Shown: positions 14,142 through 26,772, counted from the stretch's first letter. The stretch: 64,000 nucleotides of DNA from Corythoichthys intestinalis (GCF_030265065.1 NC_080410.1:29762661-29826660); one strand, 5' to 3'. Notes: a model not told the origin generated them from the letters alone. Numbers and translations are program-made.

Positions 14142-14246
14142 GTCCTGGATGCACATCATGGCATGCACGTGTGGCCTTGCGCAGTGGTGTTGGCTCAGTA
14201 CATCTGGAGCAGAAGAACTCATGTGAAAGGCAAGAGGTGTCTGGAG
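14142..14246 (+). CDS. mettl23: mettl23 coding exon 2
   Basis: VLDAHHGMHVWPCAVVLAQYIWSRRTHVKGKRCLE, compared with human VLDPQYGMYVWPCAVVLAQYLWFHRRSLPGKAILE. Acceptor ttttcag| and donor GAG|gtgagg. Confidence 0.88.
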
Positions 14247-14315
14247 GTGAGGCCGGCAAACGCGCATTGACAGGCGGGAACACCGTCAATTCGATGACAC
14301 CTTCTGCTCCCGCAG

Positions 14316-14553
14316 CTGGGAGCGGGAGTGGCTCTTCCAGGCGTGCTTGCATCCCGCTGTGGTGCTGAGGTCATCCTGAGCGACGACGCCAATGCGCCGG
14401 CGTGCATGCGCAACTGCAGACGAAGCTGTGAGGCCAACGGTCTACACGACGTGCTGGTGGTTCCTCTTACCTGGGGAGAAATCTCCCCACATCTGCTCCG
14501 GCTTCCACATCTCGACCTTATTTTGGCGTCTGACGTTTTCTACGAGCCCGATG
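14316..14553 (+). CDS. mettl23: mettl23 coding exon 3 (methyltransferase-16 family fold, SAM-binding region)
   Basis: LGAGVALPGVLASRCGAEVILSDDANAPACMRNCRRSCEANGLHDVLVVPLTWGEISPHLLRLPHLDLILASDVFYEPD(D), compared with human IGAGVSLPGILAAKCGAEVILSDSSELPHCLEVCRQSCQMNNLPHLQVVGLTWGHISWDLLALPPQDIILASDVFFEPE. Acceptor cccgcag| and donor GAT G|gtagcc (phase 1). Confidence 0.88.
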
Positions 14554-14645
14554 GTAGCCAGCAGGCACTTGCTAGTATTGATTTCTGCTCTGAAGGGAGT
14601 AGAAAGTTGTACTTCCTCCTAACCACACATTGCTTTTGTCTCCAG

Positions 14646-14730
14646 ATTTTGAAGATATCCTGGTCACAGTTGCTTTTCTTCTGCGAAAAAACCCAGACGC
14701 GGAATGTTGGGTGACATACCAAGAACGAAG
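14646..14730 (+). CDS. mettl23: mettl23 coding exon 4
   Basis: (D)FEDILVTVAFLLRKNPDAECWVTYQER(S), compared with human DFEDILATIYFLMHKNPKVQLWSTYQVRS. Acceptor tctccag| and donor AG|gtgagg (phase 2). Confidence 0.88.
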
Positions 14731-15689
14731 GTGAGGCTTTCCTCTTTTTGCCAGTTCTGGCGTCACTGTGTGGAGGATCATGAGTGACAAAATTAAATAC
14801 ATCATTCAATAGATAAACATGTCGTTAAGTTTGTAATTATTTTCGTATTTATTTCAACAATTATTTTTATATTTTTAGTTCATTATTTATCTATGTAATC
14901 ATTTATTAATTTTAGTTCTTGTTAAGTTATTTCACTTTTTATTTCGATTGAGTTCTTTGTGCAGCATGAAATAATTGTATCTGTCAATTACCGGTAAGTA
15001 GATAAAAACTGAAATAAGTTTGTAATTAATCAGGCATGAAAATCTCTCACCTTTCGGCAAAATTCGCCGTTTTGAAGTCAAAAAGGGCGACTTGCGTGAA
15101 TTGCATAGATCCGAGGAGAAATTCCTTTTGGGGGGTCGGGAGATTTTATTTAATTATTATTATTGTCATCATGTGATTAACTTAGTGTGTAAACTGAGCA
15201 CTTCAGAAATCGGTCCTTTTAAAAAGTGACACTTGGACAGTCAGCAAATCCTTCTAGATGCTTCGCTGACGAGAACCAATCATCGGCCCAAACTGCGTTT
15301 CATTATTCCAATCGCGGTTAATGGGGACCAGAACCCACCGCAATAAGTGAAAACCGCGAAGTAGCGCCCCCCCCCCAAAATTTTTTTGCGTGTTCAATGT
15401 ATTTATTCAGATTTTACATTGGAAAAAAAGATACATATATATGATGTTTTTTCACTTTTTTCCCCCCAAAGTATCATCTATAAATGTTTTTAAGCACTTC
15501 AAAATGTAAGAATAATGATGAGTTTTAAACATGTCACTGCCCCACCTAATTATTTTTAAACAAGAATAAAGTAGTAAGAAAATGCTTGGCTTTATTAAAT
15601 GCTTCACACTGAGTCTCCTCAAACCCTCTCAGGCTGCTCACTTTGTTAAACGATGATTGACACATGTGCAAACTTTTTCTATGATTGAA

Positions 15690-15693
15690 TTTT

Positions 15694-15731
<38 letters not shown>
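15690..15731. repeat. Homopolymer T42 (further A/T-rich low complexity through 16160)
   Basis: Direct observation. Confidence 0.95.
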
Positions 15732-15732
<1 letters not shown>

Positions 15733-17108
15733 ATCAGAGGTTTTTTTTTTAATATATATATTTTGTAATATGTATTTTGTTTGAAGCAACTTATTTTTTG
15801 ATTGAATAATAAAGACACAAATGTCCTAGCCAAAATGTGGCCCAAACGCAAACAACATTACTTCAGTGGAAAAAGTTGTTTCAATCAAAAAAAATAATTT
15901 TCAAATGCTTTTTTTTGCCTCAAATATATTTTTGCAATCAAAAACATTTTTTTTATTGAAGTGACTTTTTGGGGATTAAAAATATATATTTTGATTAAAG
16001 CAACTTTGTTTTTGATTGAAGCAACTTTGTTTTTTGAGTGAATAATAAAGACACAAATCTACCTCCTTCGTTATTGAGAGAGAAATTACGAAAGCTTTAA
16101 AAATAAAAGCCACCGGGAGTCTGATTTTTTTTTTTATTTTATTTTTTTTTATTAAAGATTTCTATTTCATTCTGAGGAAAGGAGATTGAGGGATAAAAAA
16201 AGGAGTTGGATGAGGCTGCTAAAGGCAGGGAATACCTCATCAGCTGGGTGAATAGCACACTTGGCAAGAATAAGTTTGCAAGGATAGTCGGGTATAAAAT
16301 ACAATTATAAACACAATTACAATGTTATTTTTATATAAGATTTTATGTCATTGCTTTATTAATTATTAGGTGCTAGAGTTGTTAAGTATGGATAATAATG
16401 AAATAATAGTTTTGAGAAAACTGTGCTGTTGGTGGCTCAGTGACCATCTGATGTGGTTTGTTCTAAAATGAACAACTTGAGAAAGGTTTTGATGCAGAGG
16501 TTGAAGGAAGAGGCAGACTGACTGAGTCACAGCCAGAAAGTGTTGATGACAGTGTTGATTTCTATTCACTGTTGCCCCCTCCCAATTAAAGTATGTCACA
16601 GTCGCAGCCAATTATTATCTAAAGCTGGTTAAAATTGAAGTTATGTTGTTTTAAGGTGTATTAAATACTTGTTCAGGTGCTCCTTTTGATCTATGAGCAC
16701 CCGCTCTTCCACCGGTCTCTGCACGGCCCTGCTGAAACACTGTTGGTCGACAGAGCTCAATATTTTGTTGTTTGTACAGTGTCCCGGAACATATTTCCTC
16801 GGCACCCTTCTCACCTTTTTAACCCCTGACCCATTTTCATGCCTGAATTAATGTATAAATATTGAAAGAAAGATGTAAATAAATGTTAAATATAGAAATA
16901 AAAACTAAAATAACATTTGAAGTAAATCAATATTGAAATGGTAATTTCAATAAATATAGTTAAATATATAAATAAATACTACAATAATATTTAATCACAC
17001 ATTGAAGCATTGTTTGATGACATGCTTCTTTAATTGAATGTTGCAACTGATGACATATCCAAGCACAAACACGAGTTTATTCTGCAAATGTGTTTGCTTG
17101 TGTGGTAG

Positions 17109-17271
17109 TGGCGACTGGAGCATCGAGGCGCTGCTGCACAGATGGAAATTGGCCTGCGTGGACGTGGACCTGGAATCGTTTGACGCCAACAAATCGGAGT
17201 TGGCGGGCTCCAGTCTTCCCGGCAACCATGTCATTCAAATGATGATCATCACACTGGCGAAGGATACGTGA
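17109..17271 (+). CDS. mettl23: mettl23 coding exon 5, terminal (stop TGA 17269..17271)
   Basis: (S)GDWSIEALLHRWKLACVDVDLESFDANKSELAGSSLPGNHVIQMMIITLAKDT*, compared with human ADWSLEALLYKWDMKCVHIPLESFDADKEDIAESTLPGRHTVEMLVISFAKDSL. Acceptor gtggtag|. Confidence 0.88.
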
Positions 17272-17739
17272 GAGCTCACATACTTTTCCTCGCCAGTTTG
17301 GCGTTCATCTGCGGAGCTTCGTTGAACTCTTGAGAAGCAAGCCAAATCCAAAAAGGACGACCAGTTCATGAACACTCAGGACTGTGGTTTCTTTATCTCA
17401 CCCATTTTAAAGGACAGATTGATGGATGGAAATGTCAATAAAGGAAGACATTCACTCTGTGACACCTGATGTTTCTCTGATTTGTCTTCAGTGGCTCATG
17501 AGATGGAATTAAAATTCGTAAAAAGCCAGTGGTTGTGTTGTTTTTTGGAGCTAGGAACAGTATCAAGGCGGTCTGAGAAAGCACAATTTTCCTCAGTTGA
17601 ATATATTATAGATTTATACAATATTTAACCCTTTACAAATCACTTATTTAACTCATTGGCTGCTATTGACAGTTATAAATCTCAAATCAATTTCGATTAC
17701 ATAAAAATGGGAGCTAATGTTCGCTGATTGCAAAGGTAC

Positions 17740-18600
17740 CAACATAGACTTCATAATGGTATTGACGGGTCAGATTGGTCATGCACTGCGCCTCGCATTC
17801 AAGTAGGGGGCCGCCCACATCTAGAGGAGCTATTTACAAACACGCACGCAGCGATCTACCGCTGGATTTCTGCAAAAAAGCACAAAAGCTGTACCGCATA
17901 CAAACGGGAAGAATTGCCTCAGGAGTGATTTGTTCAAGGATTCAAGGTAATTATTATATTTTTCGTACCATGCATCCATTTTGAAACATTGTGAAAAAAA
18001 TCAATGGGAGAAATTGGCCGCTACTGCATTGGCATCATAGTTCGCAACATTTACGTAAAATAAATGCTGACTGCACGTTTTTTCTGCTTTTAACCAAAAA
18101 TCGAGACTTTTACTTCCATACATACATAGGGCGGCCGCTAGCTACATTCACTAACAGACTAGCATTGTACTTCGACATATGCACGTAAAATTAATGCTAA
18201 CTGCATGATTTTTTTTTATGGGGGGGGGGGTTTATAACCAAGAATTGGGACTGTTTTACGTCCATATATATAAATAATTTGGGGATTTAAGCATTTATTC
18301 ACAAGAATTTTCAACGGAAAAAGCTCTGTTTACATATGGCGGGCGCTAATTTCCTTACTGACTAGCCTCATATGTTGCAATATTTACGTGAAATAAATGC
18401 TACCTGCACGTTTTTTTTTTTTTACGTTTTAACAAAGAATCGAGACTGTTTTACATCCATATCTTTAAAGAATTCAGGGATTTAAGCATTTAATTACACA
18501 CATTTTCAGCGGAAAAAGCTCTTTGTCTGTGATTCCACTCGTTCAGCTTTAACGGTCTCGCCAACAATGCAGGCCCCCTATTTATCGGCTCCGCGCCCTG
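17740..18600 (+). repeat. Composite interspersed repeat, copy 3 (full architecture), in the mettl23-casc3 intergenic region
   Basis: Collinear with copy 1 from the 5' module through tandem units (17990..18500, with a G11 run at 18225) to the 3' module gcaggcccccctatttatcggctccgcgccctg. Confidence 0.7.
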
Positions 18601-21065
18601 TTTCCCGTCAATACATTATGAGGTCTATGGTACCAAATACGACGGAAACGGATGTAAAATTTTACCTCGAAGAAAGTGAGAAAAAAAATATCCAAAATAT
18701 ACTTTATCATTATGAAGGCATTTAGCAAAATTTTGCTAATCCTAAATGACTTAAAACAGGAGAGGTTTAGCCTGATTTAAAGCAAGACTTGGTAAGTTTT
18801 CAGTTATGGTCGATTTTAGCGACACCGGTGGACAAAAGCGGTAGTGTTTTTCCTTATGGAATACTGCGTTTCCCATGATGACCAGCGCACACCTGCTGTG
18901 TCGTAAAATTATCAATCAATCAAAAATCAATCTCTTTCGCCTGCAGATGGATTAACCCTTTAACACCGAACGTGTCTCAGCGATGCGTTTACGCATATCA
19001 TCTTTGAAGCTTCATCACGCTGTAATTACATCACCCACGTGCTGCTGGTTGGTCTCGTTTGAAAGTGCAGAAGTTGATGTCCACACCAGTTTTTATTTGA
19101 AGTCAATCGGCCAAGAAAAACGGGAGATAATGTCATTTGAGTTTTATATGGTAAATGGTAAATGGTGTTATACTTATATAGCATTGCACTCATAAATATG
19201 CATTAAAACGCTGCATGGACCATGTATCCATCTCCATATTTCCATCATTTCTTGTCCTTTTTCAAAAGCGAAAGCAGCACAAAAGACTACTTATCCCAAG
19301 AGTCGTTGTGATGTCAGGAAGGACGAACCGAATGTGATCATTTTTAATAAATTTCCGAGCGAGGCGCCAACTATTGAAAGGGAGGCATGCGAAGCAAGCA
19401 GCGGCCGGTGTCGTGCCGAAAAATGCACAACACCGGTTGGTTTGAGCGAGCGACTTTGAAACGTGCAGAATGAATCTAAAACTACATTTAGCACAAGCTA
19501 ATGCATTATTTCATTAACTCAAGGAAGAAGATGAGTCATATTTGTCGTTGTTTTCCTCTGATGAATCGGCGTCTCTGCGAGTAGAAGTGACAGTAGAGCG
19601 CAAACGGCGAAAGAGTAGGCTGTGTGACGTGTGTGACGCAGCTCCATGACCTGTTCAAGAAGCTTTATTGAGTGCGCAAAAAAAAAAAAAAAACTTTATT
19701 GGGTCGCATGCCTGAAAAATTTGAATTGAACTACTTGTCAATATTTTTTAAAATACTTTTTTTTCAATGTTATATATTTTTTTCTTCACTATAATCTTTT
19801 CGATTTTTATGTAGGTGTGTGCGAGAAGCTTGATTGCATGTACGTATATACTTTTGATAAGGTGATGGGTACAACACCTAACTTCACAAAGAGATATCTT
19901 CCTAACCCTTTTTGTGTTAGATGATATATATAAATTTTTTTCTCACTATTTTGCACACTATATAGACTGTTTTGACCATAGTATGTGTAAAGGCCAAAAA
20001 CGCCTTTGACCATACCTGCTGTTTGTGTTGAATTGTCAAACATACAACTATTCAATCTTATTTTTTCTATTGAATGTTTATCCTAACAAGTTGAATAAAT
20101 ATTATCAAGCTTCAAAACGGTTGGTCTAGCATGTTTGGTTGTCAATGGGACACCAACATTACAAATTTTGAAAAAAGATTTTGGGATTTTTTTGTCTTTT
20201 TGGGTCCAAAATGTGGATTATAATTGGTCAGTGAAGAAAACAACAGTTTAGACATGAAGTTCAAGGTGTCCTGAAAAAAGGGACCCAATTTGGCCATTGT
20301 AAACAATTTTTTCTTTGAAATATAAAGGCAACATCAAATGCATGCAAATTCGGCCAAAATAGGCTTAGGTGTTAAAGGGTTGAACAAAATTTCTCTATCC
20401 AGTGGCTGTGTGAAGGGTGAATAGTCATAATGTAATTAATCCAGTCGTGGCTAACCGTGTGGCTAGCCTACCCCAGCAGAACTCATCAGTGCTTACGCTT
20501 ACGCCAGTATGTGAATGGTTATTCGTGTTGTATGTTTATTTGTTATATCCTGGTAGCCTCCCTATTTTTTCATCGTCAGACAAAACTTTTTGTCTCATTT
20601 GTTCCTCTGCCATCCATGCAGAATTCCCAAAGCGTTCGCATCGACTTCCGTCTTTCTAATGAATGGGGAAAGGGGGAAGTTACGTATGCTGTAAAGCAGT
20701 CAGCACATTTGTATTTTTAGTTTTTGTATGGCAGGGTTCCTGCCACCATCCTCAAAGTTAATTAGTGCCGATGAGAGCGATACAGACCCCTTCAAGGTAT
20801 AAAAGAGGTGTCATTCAACTAGTTTTCAGTCAACATATTATCACAAATGTTATGAAAATATTTTATAAAGGTTCAAAACGTTACCTAGTTTTGCTTTAAC
20901 AGAAGACGGTGAGAAAATGTGTTTTGTGTGTTTTTGAACAGTCTTCTTTCTATTATCAAAATTGATCAATTACGCTATAAAGGGTTAATTTAATGCAAAG
21001 GTCCTCAAATCCAAGGTCAAGTTAGGGTATTTTATGTATCTTTCCAGTTAGAGGCGCTCTTGAGC

Positions 21066-21075
21066 AATATAAAAC
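21066..21075 (+). promoter_or_regulatory. Possible TATA-like element (aatataaaac) about 80 bp upstream of the casc3 ATG
   Basis: Sequence motif only. No support for its position relative to a transcription start site. Confidence 0.2.
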
Positions 21076-21151
21076 GGAAGATATTAGACAAAGAAGACTG
21101 CCGATTTTTCTCCCACAATGCAACAGTGCAGTGATTCCAGCAGAAGCTAAG

Positions 21152-21343
21152 ATGGCCGACCGGCGGCGCAGAAGGAGGCGCGCGTCCCAGGACAGCGACG
21201 ACGACGATGACGAGTCCGCTTCGGGCTCGGAGAGCCCCAAATCAGGCTCCCAGACAAGCAAGAGCCGCGGGGCCAGGGAGCCCGAACCGCCCGAAACTGC
21301 TTTTGACCGGACCGAGGCTAAGGAGGAAGTGCAGTCCGAGTGT
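21152..21343 (+). CDS. casc3: casc3 (MLN51/Barentsz, EJC component) coding exon 1
   Basis: MADRRRRRRRASQDSDDDDDESASGSESPKSGSQTSKSRGAREPEPPETAFDRTEAKEEVQSEC. Human CASC3 begins MADRRRQRASQD... with the junction after ESEC. Donor TGT|gtgagt. Confidence 0.9.
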
Positions 21344-21661
21344 GTGAGTAGTTAGCTCGGGGCTAATGTTAGTTTGCCCGCCAGCTAGGCGGCTTCCCTG
21401 CGACGAATGTCGTCGCAATTAATCAAATGGAATTTCTTCCAATTCCAGCTTTAATTGAAAGTAGCCCCTGTCGTTTAGGATTTAATCACAAAATGTCAAT
21501 CGTGTTAAATAAAGCATAAATCTGTTGGTGCGATCTTACTTTCGGGACTTCGTGGTCCTTCTGCGTGACGTCACACTTTGTTTACGGCCGCTTGCCGACT
21601 TACCTGCTTGATGTTTAGTCGTCATCTTGGGCGTAAAGGTTTGTTTGTGTCCTCTTTTCAG

Positions 21662-21686
21662 GAGAGTGAAGATGGCGTAGGAGAAG
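21662..21686 (+). CDS. casc3: casc3 coding exon 2 (25-nt micro-exon)
   Basis: ESEDGVGE(G), compared with human ESEDGIEGD. Acceptor ttttcag| and donor AAG|gtaagc; phases consistent (0 in, 1 out). Confidence 0.85.
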
Positions 21687-21751
21687 GTAAGCATCCCGAG
21701 GCGTCCTTTGCTTTGTGCTCCTGCAACACTTGACGCCTTTCACGTGTCCAG

Positions 21752-21807
21752 CCGTTCTCTCGGACTACGACAGTGCTGATCCGGAAGAAAACGCCTCCCG
21801 ATCAGAG
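21752..21807 (+). CDS. casc3: casc3 coding exon 3
   Basis: (A)VLSDYDSADPEENASRSE, compared with human AVLSDYESAEDSEGEEGEYSEEE. Acceptor gtccag| and donor GAG|gtaaag. Confidence 0.85.
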
Positions 21808-21876
21808 GTAAAGTAAATGCCGGAACGCCTTTGTGACCTCTTGTAAATGTTCACCTTGCTCTTCATCTTCCCATAG

Positions 21877-22074
21877 GGAGCGGAGGAGGAGGATGACGCC
21901 GACGGCTACAGTGACGACGAAACACCAGCGGCGGCTGCCGGCCGTTCGGAACATCCCGCCAATGCTCAACAAGTACAAGAGGATGACGAAGACGGGGATG
22001 AACCTCGTAAAGAGGGGAAGGAGTCTGAAGTGAAAGCCAAATCGGCGGGAGAGAGACAGAGCGGCGATGGGCAG
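21877..22074 (+). CDS. casc3: casc3 coding exon 4
   Basis: GAEEEDDADGYSDDETPAAAAGRSEHPANAQQVQEDDEDGDEPRKEGKESEVKAKSAGERQSGDGQ, compared with human ...KSTVTGERQSGDGQ. Acceptor cccatag| and donor CAG|gttagc. Confidence 0.88.
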
Positions 22075-22558
22075 GTTAGCCGTTCTTCAAATAAAGCAGT
22101 GAACTATTGGGGGGGGGGGGTCAAATTGCACAGAATTGAACCCTCACCATGATATCTGTTTGTTTACGATTATCGTTCTTACAGCTGAGCAGTGTTGTTA
22201 ATAACGGCGTTACTTTTTTCAGTAGTGAGTAATCTAATTCATTTTCTCATCTTTGCAATATCCACAATACCCCTGTGTTTAGGGTAAAGAATTGGGCTAG
22301 GGCCAACTGTCCCAAAAACCCTTTGAACTTCACATTGTATGACCTATGTTTTTTTTTTTTGTAATTTAAAAAAAAAAAACATGAAAAGTAACACCAGTTA
22401 CTTTGCCAAGTAACTAATTACTCTTACATTCAGGTAACTGAGTTACTAACTTAATTACTTTTTGGGAGAAGTAATTTGTAACTAATTTTTTAAAGTAAGA
22501 TTAACAACACTGCAACTTAGGCTGCCACAATGAAGTTTTGAAAGTCGATAAATCGCTT

Positions 22559-23638
22559 ACCGTATTTTTTGGACTATAAGTCGCACCAGAGTATAACTCC
22601 CACCAGCCCAAAAATGCGCAATGAAGAGGGGAAAAAAAACAAAACACACAAGTCGCACCGGAGTATAAGTCTCATTTTTGGGGGAAAATTTCCGTATTGG
22701 CCCGAATATAAGACGGCCCTGATTATAAGACGACCCCCTCTTTTTCAAGACTCAAGTTTGAAAAAAAGACTTTTTGAACACCAAAGTTTTATACAGAAAA
22801 TAATTACAGTACATCTGAAACAAATGATTATAAAAACATATTTGAGAGAAAAAGCATGTTATTTTGCCTCATTCAAATCTTAATATCTGAACATATAAAT
22901 ATGTAAACCAATGTGCAATCACATTCGTAAATGAATGGCTTCTGGTTTTTGAAATGTTAATAAACCAATCTATTGTGATAAAACAACAAAATTGCAATAA
23001 CTGCATAAGCCATCAAAGTGAGGTCTAACTGTAACTGTAGTCTTGAAACAAATCTGAATAAGGAAAAACATTGCATTAAAATAATGCAAACTGGTTAAAG
23101 TTGAGAGTAGCTGAGATCTGTCATGACAGAACATTACTCAAGTTCAGCGTTGGCTTCAATGATATCTGACGCCATCTAGCGTCATGAATGGGTATAATGT
23201 CTAGACCCCGAATATAAGAAGACTCCCACTTTTTCAGTCTTATTTCAATGCAAAAAAACACCGTCTTATATTCGGGCCAATACGGTACTTGATAAAATCC
23301 AACACATAAAACAGATATGTCATCTTGAAAGGCAATTTAAAATAAAAATACAATAGAGAACAACATGCTGAATAAGTGTACAGTATGATAAAGTTACATG
23401 ATGCATGAACAAAGAAATGTGAAAGTGCCCAGTATGTTAATGAAACATAGCTATTAAGAGTTATTCAGATAACTATAACAAAATAAACATGCTAAAAAGT
23501 TTACCAAACCATCAGTGTCACTCCAAAACAACATATGAAACGATATAATAATGTGTTAATAATTTCACATTTAGGTCGCACCCCCAGCCAAACTATGAAA
23601 AAAAAAACCTGCAACTTATAGTCCAAAAAATACGGTAC
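22559..23638 (+). mobile_element. Long-TIR MITE family 2, composite copy in casc3 intron 4
   Basis: Outer TIR gtaccgtattttttggactataagt(c/t)gca at 22559, and its reverse complement at 23590..23638. Inner inverted pair ccgtattggcccgaatataagacggccctgattataagacgaccccctctttttcaagact (22702) and its reverse complement (23200..23288). Confidence 0.65.
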
Positions 23639-23926
23639 ATTGTTGACCGTGGCCCCAGAAGTGTCCAAATTCTCTATTTTAAGCCTCTTCTTAATATATT
23701 TTGTCTGTCGTTTTTTAAACATTTCAGAATTAAATACTTAAGTATTTTTTAATTGTTTAAAAATATTTCTAAATATATTTCAGATTTTAAAAAAGGAAAT
23801 AACAGTAGATATTTGCTTCCTATAATTTTTTTCAATTTTTTAAAATAAATGAAACCTATTCACAAATGTAAAAAAATATATAGTAAATATCTCTCAAAAA
23901 TATTTTGAATAAAAAAATAGAAACTC

Positions 23927-23930
<4 letters not shown>

Positions 23931-23999
<69 letters not shown>
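23931..23999. repeat. (TA)16 microsatellite followed directly by T35
   Basis: Direct observation. Confidence 0.95.
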
Positions 24000-24001
<2 letters not shown>

Positions 24002-24184
24002 TGAAATCGAGGAAACCTACAGTAAATATCATCTGATTTCTTTGGTCCTTGCTGAAAGTGGACTGATTATCTTTGCAATGAGTCAAAATGAAATGCAGTT
24101 ATGAATACTTGCATCTCTTGTGATTTTGCAAGTTCACCCACTAAGAAAATAGGTAGAAGTCTGGAATTTCAATCATTGATGCGT

Positions 24185-24905
24185 TTCCACTCAGAGACAT
24201 AATCTAATCTCAAGAACACCATCCACACTGTGAAGTATGGTGGTGGAAACCTAATGCTTTGGGGCTGCTTATCGGCAAAAGGGACAGGACGACTGTACTG
24301 TCTAAAGCAGAGGATGAATGGTGAAATGTATCGTCAGATTTTGAGCCACAACGTCCTTTTCTCAGTCAGAGACTTGAAGATGAGTCGTGGCTAGATCTTC
24401 CAACATGACAATGATCCGAAGCACACAGCCAAACTGACCAAGGCTGCGTAAAAAGCATATCAAGGTTCTGGAGTGGCTTAGCCAGTCTCCAGACCTCAAT
24501 CCAATAGAAAATCTTTGGATGGAGCTGAAGCTTATTGTTTCTCAACGACAGCCCCAAAACCTGACAGATCTAGAGAAGATTTGTGTGAAGGAATGTGCCA
24601 AAATCCCTGTTTCCGTATGTGAAAACCTGGTGAAGAAATACAGAAAGCGTCTGACGTCTGTAATTGCAAACAAAGGCTTCTGCACTAAATATTAGCACTT
24701 ATTTTTTCAGATGTACACATATTTATGAACCCCAGTAAGTTACAAATAAACTATTTTTTTAAAAAATCATATAATGTGAGTTCTGGATTTTGTTATTTTT
24801 TTTTAGATTATCCCAATCCAAGTGGAAATGCATCTGTGATTGAAATTTCAGACCTCTAGCTATTTTCTAAGCGGGTGAACTTGCAAATACTTCTGCTCCT
24901 TACTT
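24185..24905 (+). mobile_element. Tc1 family C: C-terminal DDE-domain fragment plus 3' end, in casc3 intron 4
   Basis: Translation ...[152 protein letters not shown] aligns along its whole length to the Tc1 transposase C-terminal half, with in-frame stops and frameshifts. Confidence 0.75.
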
Positions 24906-24954
24906 TATGTGCCAAATTTGGAAAAATCTAGCATTTACATTAATATTTATTAGT

Positions 24955-25482
24955 GATGCACGATAATAAATTTTTCAACCGATATCGAGAACTGATAATT
25001 TCCTGCCCCTTCCACCCGATAACCGATAATGTCACGCCGATAAATCTATTCAAATATGTATGTAAAATGTTAAAGTATACAAAGATCAAACGTTACTGTG
25101 CAAAAATGTAATTTAGTGCTATTTTTTTCCACATCAAATGTGAACAAGTAGTTAATTCCAACATCTAAACAATGGCAATGACATTATGTAATGGTAAGCT
25201 TTTGGCAACAATTACTTAGAGAGTAAACACCCAAGTTGCACAAAAATGCCTTTAAAAGTAAGCCATTCCTAACATATATCACATTACTACACTGCAAAAA
25301 CACTTCCTTAAAACTAGCAGAATTGGACAAAACTGTTGATTGCGCACATTTGGAGGCTAAATCAAGTATATAATTATCGGATTGCATTATCGGTTGAATT
25401 TCGTTTTATCTGGATTATCTGTGTGACGTCATAATTGCCATTATCGGCCGATAATTATCGGTGACCGATATTATCGTGCATC
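24955..25482. mobile_element. MITE-like element with TIR GATGCACGATAATA and repeated CCGATAA motifs, in casc3 intron 4
   Basis: 5' gtgatgcacgataataaatttttcaaccgatatcgagaactgataatt; 3' cggccgataattatcggtgaccgatattatcgtgcatc (inverted). ORF 25184..25387(-) inside it is spurious. Confidence 0.5.
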
Positions 25483-25634
25483 TCTAATATTTATTGTCCA
25501 ACTTTTGTCCTTTTTGATTCCAACGCCTATTTACAGCTAAAATGTAAAGCCCAGTGCTAGATAAAAGTAAATGCTATGATTCATATGTAAACCGATTAGT
25601 ACCAACCTAACAATGGACCGTCCGTGATCCGCAG

Positions 25635-25783
25635 GAATCCACGGTGGACCCCGAAAGCAAGACGGGAGGACAGTCCGGGCAGCGGCTAGATGACGACGAG
25701 GACCGCAAGAACCCGGCTTACATCCCTCGCAAGGGTCTCTTCTTCGAGCATGACGTCAGAGGCCACGCCCAGGAGGACGAGAG
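25635..25783 (+). CDS. casc3: casc3 coding exon 5 (start of SELOR / eIF4A3-binding region)
   Basis: ESTVDPESKTGGQSGQRLDDDEDRKNPAYIPRKGLFFEHDVRGHAQEDE(R), compared with human HLDDDEDRKNPAYIPRKGLFFEHDLRGQTQEEEVR. Acceptor tccgcag| and donor AG|gtaacg (phase 2). Confidence 0.92.
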
Positions 25784-25853
25784 GTAACGTTGATCGGGTG
25801 GCCGCTCCTCCCACAGGGAAACGACCGGTCGCTCACTGCTGCGTGCCGCTCAG

Positions 25854-26009
25854 GCCCAAAGGCAGAAACAGGAAGCTGTGGAAAGACGAAGGGCGCTGGG
25901 AGCACGACAAATTCCGTGAGGAGGAGCAAGCACCCAAAAGCCGCGAGGAGATCATCTCCGTGTACGGCTACGACATCCGTAACGGCGAGCGTGGCCAGCG
26001 ACGACCTCG
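25854..26009 (+). CDS. casc3: casc3 coding exon 6 (SELOR region)
   Basis: (R)PKGRNRKLWKDEGRWEHDKFREEEQAPKSREEIISVYGYDIRNGERGQRRP(R) is near-identical to human PKGRQRKLWKDEGRWEHDKFREDEQAPKSRQELIALYGYDIR. Acceptor cgctcag| and donor CG|gtgagc. Confidence 0.92.
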
Positions 26010-26644
26010 GTGAGCATAGTCCTTCTGTTTTGCATTTCCCGATGCCACTTTAGTTTGATATTTTTAAACAGTTTTCTTTATGGAATTTATTGACTCTTGC
26101 AGGGAAAACTCAGCATGCAATGAAAATATTTTGAACTCGCAATAATGGTTTTGGTATGAGGGCCAGATGTGACGAGATCAAAGCGCAAGACAACAGTCAA
26201 TGATTAAATAGAATGTATTATTTAATTATTTATTTGCGTTCAGATGTTTATATGAAGAATTTTGTTTTTATTAGTTTTTATTCTTACCTATTATATATCA
26301 GGTTTTCAAATGAATTTTTTGTATGATTTACTTGTTTTAACATTAATTTTAATTAGTTATTAATATTTTCAGTTTATTTCCATTTTGAATTGCTTCACAT
26401 GTTGTTTCAACATTTATTTAAAATATTATGTAATTCAACATTTATTGAAGTCTTTAGTTTCAATTCATTGATTTCAACATTTATTTCCGTGTCTGTTTCA
26501 GGTTTGAGTCAATTTAGTTTTATTGTTTTACTTTTTATTTCACCGTTAATTTGTTCAGATTTTGTATTTAAGGTTTATTTATTTGAAATTATAATTTAGG
26601 TTTTTCTATTTATTTCAAAATTTGATGATAGAATTTAAATTTGT

Positions 26645-26772
26645 TTGTCACTAATGGACGTATAATCCATTTGAACCAGGGGGGACTGGGAGTGTCCCCT
26701 CAGAGTTCCTGGTTTAAATGGAATGTACGTCTTTTGCCGTCAGTGGCAGCCAATGAGTTCAGCATTTTCCCC
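26645..26772. mobile_element. Small palindromic MITE (about 125 bp), 180 bp upstream of casc3 exon 7. Related copies at about 150..285, 11085..11200, 12405..12500, and a partial one at 17640..17670.
   Basis: tgtcactaatggacgtataatccatttgaaccagg...cctggtttaaatggaatgtacgtcttttgccgtcagtggcagccaatgagt forms a near-perfect hairpin. The other copies share the gctgccattgacggc..atggacg..ccatt core. Confidence 0.55.

Noticed and set aside
14455-14480. Similarity to the U1 snRNA 5' end (cttacctggggagaaatc versus acttacctggcaggggagatacc)
   Set aside because: Lies inside mettl23 coding exon 3 (LTWGEISPH). No PSE or 3' box, and no Sm site. Coincidental.
17300-21100. Search for srsf2-like or other coding exons between mettl23 and casc3
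   Set aside because: No ORF with RRM or RS-repeat character on either strand. The sequence is repeat copy 3 plus unique AT-rich DNA, so nothing was called.
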